A stretch of DNA of 64,000 nt from an uncultured Bacteroidia bacterium (GTDB taxonomy: Bacteria; Bacteroidota; Bacteroidia; NS11-12g; UBA9320): NCBI GenBank assembly GCA_943789165.1, contig CALSTB010000005.1:56398-120397 (forward strand), in the 5' to 3' direction. Below are positions 57,577-64,000 of the stretch, piece after piece. The position numbers were made by a program, and so were the translations under genes. The notes under the pieces are model-generated. The model was not told where the DNA came from and did not search any database. It saw nothing but the letters and a program-made list of their open reading frames with translations. Every line of letters starts with the position of its first letter. The stretch's first letter is position 1.

Positions 57577-60500
57577 ATGATTAAAGATTTTTACCACAAC
57601 GGTGTTAAAACGCTTACCGTTATTCTTTGCGTTTTGTTTTCAAGTCATTTTGTTTCTGCCCAATCTTGTGGCAGCATATAGTTAGGAGATGATGTCGAAG
57701 TGTGTTCTGGAAGCTCAGCAACACTAACACCTACCGAAGATTTTAAGTTATCTGGAAATTTGGAAAGCCTATTGGCATATAAAGGGGTGGTTTCTAACCC
57801 TAGCAATGCGTTAGGTGATCCTGATGGTTCTGGTGCTTACTTCTGCAGAGGAAATTCAGGAACATATACGGGCGCTGTTTGGTCGGTCCCATGTAACCTA
57901 CCTTCTGGAACCAAGTTGAAAATTAGAGTGAAGGTGCCGTCTGGTACTGCTTACTTCAAGGTCTATGGAGCGAAAGATAACTATTCCTATAGCTCAGACT
58001 ATACATTAATTGCCTGTAAGTATGTGTCGGGTAGTTCATACCAAGACATATGTGTAACCACCAACGGTGAGTTTAATATATTAAAGATTTTAGATCAAGG
58101 TTGTTCTCCTTTTAAGGTGGACGCGATCACATTTGAGAAAACATGTACGGCGACCTATTCATGGAGTTCAGGTCAAACGACCAAATCCATTACTGTTAGT
58201 CCAACAACCACAACTTCGTATGTCTTAACCGCATCTTTATGTGGAAACACGCTAAAAGATACTATTGAGGTAGCAGTTAAAAGTTGCAATTCGGGTGATC
58301 CAACGTGTTCGAAGGTCGTAGGAAATACAAGAGGATGTTCAAGCAAGCCTTATGTTATTTGGTTAAAGGATAAAAATGGAAGTGCGCATTATTTGAGTGG
58401 TGATTCTACGGATTATAAATGGTACGAATACAGTAATGGAGATGCAAAATTGATAGCTACTGGAATAAGTGCTTCAGGATTGTCTGGAACATTCGATGTA
58501 GAGTTAATGTTTGCTGGGATGACTTCAACCCCTCCAACGAATAGTCCAAAGTATAGTTCATGTTTTAGTGTTGGGAGCACAACGGGTTGGAATTATTTTA
58601 CCACGACAACCGGGACTTTAACTTCAACCAATTACGGTACAATGTCGTTATCCAGAAAAGGGCCAGCGGCTCAAATTGGTGACGGAGCAAACATTACACA
58701 AGATGGTTATGGGGCATCAGGTTGGTTTAATATTACTGGTGGAACTGGACATATTACAACAGGTGATTTTAATGTAATGCTAAGCGGGTGTATTATACCT
58801 ATAATTGAGACATCAGTTTGCGTTGACGATACATTAAGCTTGTGTATTGATGATCTTGTAAACTTAGATAGCATTTACGGAGAAGACGTGACAGTACAAG
58901 CAAGTACCACGACTTCTAGCGGTGCGAAAGTAACAGTTGAAACAGGGAGTTATACGATGGGTGTTGATTGCTGCAACGGCAACAAGCCAAATGCAATTAC
59001 ATACCAGTACGTTTCAAGCAATAAAATTGACAACAGTCAGACTAATAGCAATGTAACAACCTATACAAACCCTAATGGAGCAAAGGCACTAATTATCGTT
59101 AGTGGAAACTCTACAGCGTCGGATACGTCAAATCCGTTGTATAGAGGCTACGTTGATGCAGGAGAAAAGTTTACGGTTATTAGATCACAATCTAACAAAT
59201 GGCAAGCCAATCACTACATAAGAATTATGTCAGCCGATGGTTCGAGTTTGTTGCAATTTTCTAATATCCATGTGTCATGTAGCCAGCCTTTAGTTTCTGG
59301 TGAACAGTTTGGAAATATTGTAATTTCATCAGTGACTACAAACGGGTCAACTTGTTCGGGAGGAGCACCTGACTGCGAATCTTCTATCACATATATTCCT
59401 GCAAATGGTTTTGTAGGCTTAGATACAATCAGCTTTGAAGTGTGTACATCCGGTGCTAATTCATGGTGCAGTGAGGTTCCAATTGTAGTTGATGTGAAGA
59501 ATTGTACAGTGTCTCCAGAATGTAAATCAATTGTTGGAAATACAAGAGGTTGTGCCAATACACCGTATGTCATTTATTTGGTTGATAAAAATGGGGCGGC
59601 ACATCACCTTAAAGGTGACTCAACGGCTTACGAATGGAATGTGTATACCAATGGTACAGCTCAGTTTACAGCCAGTGATATTTCTGCATCGGGCTTAAGT
59701 GGCACTTTTGATGTCGATTTAACCTTCTCTGGAGCGACAACAACACCTCCAACGAATAGTCCAAAATACAGCTCATGTTTTAGTGTAGGTAGTGTGAATG
59801 GATGGGTATATTACCCAACTACAACAGGTACTATTACTTCAACAAGCTATGGAACAATGTCAATCAGTCGCCAGGGACCTTCGTTCCAAGTTGGTGATGG
59901 TGCGAATATTACCCAAGATGGTTACGGTGCTAGTGGATGGTTAGCGGTGACAGGTGGAAATGGCCACATTAAAGCTGGGGACATAAACATTATGTTGACG
60001 GAAGAATGTGACACCAATTCTGAATGTGATGAGACTCACACATTTGATCCATGTATCGTAACGTATGGTAAAGGGTCGTACAACAATTCATCAACAACCA
60101 TTTCAATCACACAAACGGTTTCTGAAATTAAAGAAATTGTTGTGGAAGGAATTTATAAAGGTGGACAGCCTACAGGTGGAAGCTTTACCAATGGGTCAAC
60201 TACTGTGAATTGGTCTAGCTCAGATGCGAAAGCACTTGACAATGTTTCAGGTACTACCGATAAAGGATATTATCAAGCAACCTTGCCAGCAGCTTCATCT
60301 GTAACTATGAATGTATCTAACAACCAAAGCAAAATGCATGGTATGGCGGCTTACGTTGTGATGAAAGACGAATTCTGTGCAGACAACTTTACATCAGTTT
60401 CTGATGAACGTTATTATACGTATCACAACACACAAACATCGACGTTCTCGATGCCAGCGACCATCAACGAAAAAACCATTACTGCAGTTTTACCAATTGC

Positions 60501-61446
60501 AGAAATGAACAACGATACGCGTATTGCAGTATTTACATTAACAGCTGGTAGTGCTTCAGAATCGGTAACGATTAATTCATACGACCTTGGTCGATCAATG
60601 ACTTTACAAACCTTAACGTTGAACGACGTACCGGGTGGCGTAACAAGTGCAACCTTAACTATGAGCTCTCCATCTTCAAATGGTGATAGCTATGTAACAG
60701 GTAGTGCAATGTTTAACTGGTATTTACCATGTGAAACCAACTCAGGTAAAAATAGAATTGCAGGAACTGTATTCTTTGACGCTGATAGAGATACAACGTT
60801 GGACAACGACGAGGACGGAGAGCCAGGTGTAATGGTGTATTTGTATGACGACAAGGATGATGATGGTATGTTTGACGACAACGAGTTGACGCCAATCGAC
60901 AGCATGTTATCCGGATCAGATGGAACATTTGAATTCTTCGTAGACTACGTGTGCAACGAAGGTTATATCAACAACTTAGAGTACCAATCGAGCATAGACA
61001 ACCCAAGCAATATGTTGGGCGAACCTGACGGGGATTATGCAACGTATAACAACAACGCGGACAATCTAATTGTTGAGTTGGATGGTACGATTAAAGACGG
61101 CGAAACGTATTCTATATTCTTAAGAACGATTGAGACTGGAGCGTATGCGATCATCAGTGAGTCAACGGATGGTATTAATTTCTATCACAACGACAACATT
61201 GCCATCTTAACTTCTTCAAGCGGAGAGTATACAATCACGGCAGATAGAGACGTGAATTTCATCAAATTCGATAAGAACTCGATCAATACAATTTCTGGAT
61301 ATAATTCATATGGAAGTACGAGTACTAACTCAGCCGATTACGGTATCCACGGAATCGAATTCTGTAAAGGCATCAATAGTTTTCTTAATCGATACGGATT
61401 TAAATACGTACCCAGCAAATACAGAGTTGACTACGGACAATTATGA
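57577..61446 (+). CDS. Giant T9SS adhesin, part 1: signal peptide, in-frame TAG at 57679-57681, two approx. 170-aa internal repeats, SdrD-B-like domain
   Basis: MIKDFYHNGVKTLTVILCVLFSSHFVSAQSCGSI, then TAG, then LGDDVEVCSGSSATL... in the same frame. The repeats are CSKVVGNTRGC...MLSGC and CKSIVGNTRGC...MLTEEC. GTVFFDADRDTTLDNDEDGEPGVMVYLYDDKDDDGMF is SdrD-B-like. Confidence 0.6.
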
Positions 61447-63460
61447 ATATGCTCAGTTTGATGGTCCGAACCAAGAAGATGTAGGAAACGACTACGGCTT
61501 TAACGGTCCAGTTGAAATGAGTGGTTATGTATTCTACGATACAGATTCTAGTGGAACATTTGATAACGGTGAATCTGGAACACCAAATATTACTGTGTTC
61601 TTATTCCCTGATTTAGACAACGATGGTGTATTGGATTTAGCTGAGAGCTTGTTGTTGATCACTTCAGTTGAAACGGATCAGAATGGATACTACGAGTTTG
61701 AAAGAGATTACATCGCAGACTTGTTGAATCTTCCAGATGGTTTGTTGAATTCGTACATCATTACTACGGATAGAAATGACTATCCAGCTAACTCATCTTA
61801 TACAACAGACAATCAAGAGGAAGCGGAATTTGATGGTTACGGTCAAGAAGATCCTGACAATAATTTTGGTCACGTACAAAGTGCACCATTAAATTACTGT
61901 GGTAAATTAGAAATTACCATCGATAAGAATAAAGTAGATGGTTCTTCAGGACATGAAAATTTCCCTGTGTATTTAGACTTAACTCACAGCGCATTTAAAT
62001 ACAGACAAAACTGGCCTTATAGCTGGGATCAAGGAATGTTCAATCCAAACGGATACGATGTTCAGGTGTGCAACGCAAATGGTGATGAATTACCAATTGA
62101 AATCGTTGGATACGATTCTACTTCTGGAAACATTAAAATGTGGGTTCAGGTAGATAAATTGTCGTCTACCGACAATACAATCTTAACCGTTAAACATGGT
62201 GTTTCTTCCGGAACAGTTTCTAATCCAAGTACAACGGCTGTTTGGGGGTCTGATTACAAAGCGGTTTACCACTTTGAAGACCTGAATGATGCAACAAGCA
62301 ACGATAATGATGCAACTAATTACGGTTCGTCATTGGCAACTGGTCAGATCGGTTCTTCTGTAGATCTTGATGGAAACGATCACTTACTTGTACCTTATAG
62401 CTCAAGCTTGGATATTGGTGGTAAGAAATTAACCATGTCGGCTTGGGTAAATGTAGCACCATCTCCTTCATCGGATGCACCGTTTGCAGTGAAAGGACCA
62501 ACAGTAAACCAAGAGGCTTATATGTTTGGTGTAGATGGAGGGACAAATCCAGTGAAGATTAATTCTCGTGTGACGACAAACAATGGTCATTACCGACATG
62601 ATGATGGAGCACTTGGAACAAATCAATGGGTGTACGTACAATTTGTATACGACGGTGATTTAGGATCTGGTCAAAAGAGTGTGTATGTAAACGGTAGCTT
62701 ATCACATACAAAATCAGCGTCAGGAGATATCAATACTGGTTCTCACGATTTATACATCGGAAAGCGTATTGGTTCTGACAACAGATACTTAACAGGTAAA
62801 ATTGACGAATTACGTATTACGTGTGCTGCAACAACGGCAGACTGGATATCAACCGAGTATAACAACCAATTGAGTCCAACCACATTTGCAACGATTACAG
62901 ATTCGTCTGGTTGTGGTGCCGTACCAGTAACTTGGTTAGAGTTTACAGCTAAAAAGGTAAGCGCAAATGACGTTGAACTTAACTGGTCAACAGCATCAGA
63001 AATCAACAACAGTCATTTCGAAGTTGAGCGTTCGTTTAACGGAACTGACTTTGTAACGATTGGAAGTCCAGTGCAAGGTGCAGGTAACAGTTCTCAAATC
63101 GAGCGTTACGACGCAATGGATTACGATTTGCCCGAAGGCGTTGCGTACTATAGAGTGAAGCAAATTGACTTCGATGGGCAATATGATTATACACCAGTTA
63201 GGGTTGTAGAAGTATTGAGTAGAAACGCGATGGTGGTGTATCCAAATCCAGCGAACAACGAAGTGAATATTAGTTTCAAAGGTGCCAAAGGTCAAGAGGT
63301 AGTGGTTACAAACCTTATGGGACAGGTTCTTGAAACGGTAGTATTATCTCGAGAAGGTTTTGCAACCATCAATACAACAGATTATCCGCACGGTGTGTAC
63401 TTCATTGAAGTACAAGGTGCTAATATGGTTAGGACGCAAAAGTTCACCATAGAGAAATAA
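61310..63460 (+). CDS. Giant T9SS adhesin, part 2 (frame-shifted continuation): SdrD-B-like, DUF2341-like, LamG (concanavalin-like) domains, conserved pre-CTD domain, type-A T9SS CTD
   Basis: It overlaps part 1 by approx. 135 nt in another frame. The LamG motifs are LTMSAWVNV...NQWVYVQFVYDG...VYVNG...LYIGKRIG...GKIDELRIT. The pre-CTD domain is NWSTASEINNSHFEVERS...YYRVKQIDFDGQYDYTPV. The CTD is VVYPNPANNEVNISF...GVYFIEVQ...QKFTIEK. Confidence 0.6.
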   Translation: MEVRVLTQPITVSTESNSVKASIVFLIDTDLNTYPANTELTTDNYEYAQFDGPNQEDVGNDYGFNGPVEMSGYVFYDTDSSGTFDNGESGTPNITVFLFPDLDNDGVLDLAESLLLITSVETDQNGYYEFERDYIADLLNLPDGLLNSYIITTDRNDYPANSSYTTDNQEEAEFDGYGQEDPDNNFGHVQSAPLNYCGKLEITIDKNKVDGSSGHENFPVYLDLTHSAFKYRQNWPYSWDQGMFNPNGYDVQVCNANGDELPIEIVGYDSTSGNIKMWVQVDKLSSTDNTILTVKHGVSSGTVSNPSTTAVWGSDYKAVYHFEDLNDATSNDNDATNYGSSLATGQIGSSVDLDGNDHLLVPYSSSLDIGGKKLTMSAWVNVAPSPSSDAPFAVKGPTVNQEAYMFGVDGGTNPVKINSRVTTNNGHYRHDDGALGTNQWVYVQFVYDGDLGSGQKSVYVNGSLSHTKSASGDINTGSHDLYIGKRIGSDNRYLTGKIDELRITCAATTADWISTEYNNQLSPTTFATITDSSGCGAVPVTWLEFTAKKVSANDVELNWSTASEINNSHFEVERSFNGTDFVTIGSPVQGAGNSSQIERYDAMDYDLPEGVAYYRVKQIDFDGQYDYTPVRVVEVLSRNAMVVYPNPANNEVNISFKGAKGQEVVVTNLMGQVLETVVLSREGFATINTTDYPHGVYFIEVQGANMVRTQKFTIEK

Positions 63461-63491
63461 AGGCCTAGATAAATTACTGATTATGTGCGAA

Positions 63492-63524
63492 ACGGTCTCC
63501 CTCTTTGGGGGGCCGTTTTTTTTA
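63492..63524. terminator. Rho-independent terminator between convergent T9SS protein genes
   Basis: acggtctccc / ggggggccgt stem (two G.U pairs) with loop tcttt, followed by TTTTTTTT. Confidence 0.65.
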
Positions 63525-63531
63525 TTCAGTA

Positions 63532-64000
63532 TTAACGCTTTAAAACTCTGATAACTTCCGTATAAGTTCCTGACGTTATTTTTAGCAAGTAAATGCCCGC
63601 TGGAATTTCATTCGTTTGCATTTTGTAATCAGTTGTTGACCAATCGATTTTAGAGGATTGAAGTGTACGACCTGATAAATCAATTAGATCTAACTGCACG
63701 TTTCGCCTTTTTGCTTCGTCAAAGTGCACATTTATATAACCGTTAAATGGGTTTGGAGCTACAGTGAAATCAACGAAATGGTAATTTCTATCAATGACAA
63801 CCACATTTGACATTCGTAGGCTCCGTTTAAATCAATTTGTTTTAAACGGTAATATTTGATAGGATGAAGCACGAGATCTTCATCATAGTAAGTATAATTT
63901 GAAATCTCGGTCGTTGTTCCTTGTCCGTCAACAAAGTCGAGTGTAATCCATCCTTTGCCTTCAACAAAACGCTGAATTTCGAATCCCTTGTTGTTAAATT
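63532..64000 (-). CDS. 3' portion of a third T9SS cargo protein (pre-CTD domain + type-A CTD), extends beyond the window end, single-base frameshift at approx. 63815-63830
   Basis: On the minus strand, FNNKGFEIQRFVEGKGWITLDFVDGQGTTTEISNYTYYDEDLVLHPIKYYRLKQIDLNGAYE is in one frame. The CTD SNVVVIDRNYHFVDFTVAPNPFNGYINVHF...GIYLLKITSGTYTEVIRVLKR is in the -1 frame. Confidence 0.6.

Overview
The window reads as chromosomal DNA from a Bacteroidetes bacterium. The evidence is three or more T9SS cargo proteins with Por C-terminal sorting domains (types A and B), a gldB gliding lipoprotein next to nadE, DUF4290 directly upstream of murA, an atp operon (AtpZ/AtpI-atpBEFHAG) that lacks atpD/atpC, and a recurring TACTTTTG -7-like promoter motif. 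Most of the window is a housekeeping core: murA, grpE-dnaJ, coaBC-rpoZ-bamD, nadE, pyrD, fumarylacetoacetase, amidase-lptD-PBP1A, MlaD, M23+bactofilin, and the F-ATPase operon.

Three accessory islands sit among these genes.
- 1-7840 is a very large modular NHL/Pmp-like beta-helix T9SS adhesin, followed by an HTH protein, an iteron-like array of TTAATTGATAA repeats, a large serine recombinase, and a 3' remnant of an outer-membrane beta-barrel gene. Together these look like one end of an integrative element.
- 48636-53995 holds a 1489-aa PKD-rich T9SS type-B adhesin and a secreted coiled-coil/beta protein.
- 57577-64000 holds a roughly 1950-aa SdrD-B/DUF2341/LamG T9SS adhesin and a third T9SS protein running off the window.

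A family of TTGATAW heptamer arrays is scattered through the window. Two copies bracket a four-helix-bundle (23S-IVS-type) gene as inverted repeats. A promoter-hairpin-T-run unit at 55730-55832 may be a small structured RNA.

The sequence carries many single-base indels and one in-frame stop. They fall in coaBC (two, both in homopolymers), in all three type-A T9SS proteins, and in a carboxyltransferase and a transaldolase, which are shredded. The concentration in homopolymer runs suggests draft-quality sequencing, but genuine pseudogenisation cannot be excluded. No CRISPR array, tRNA or rRNA gene was found.
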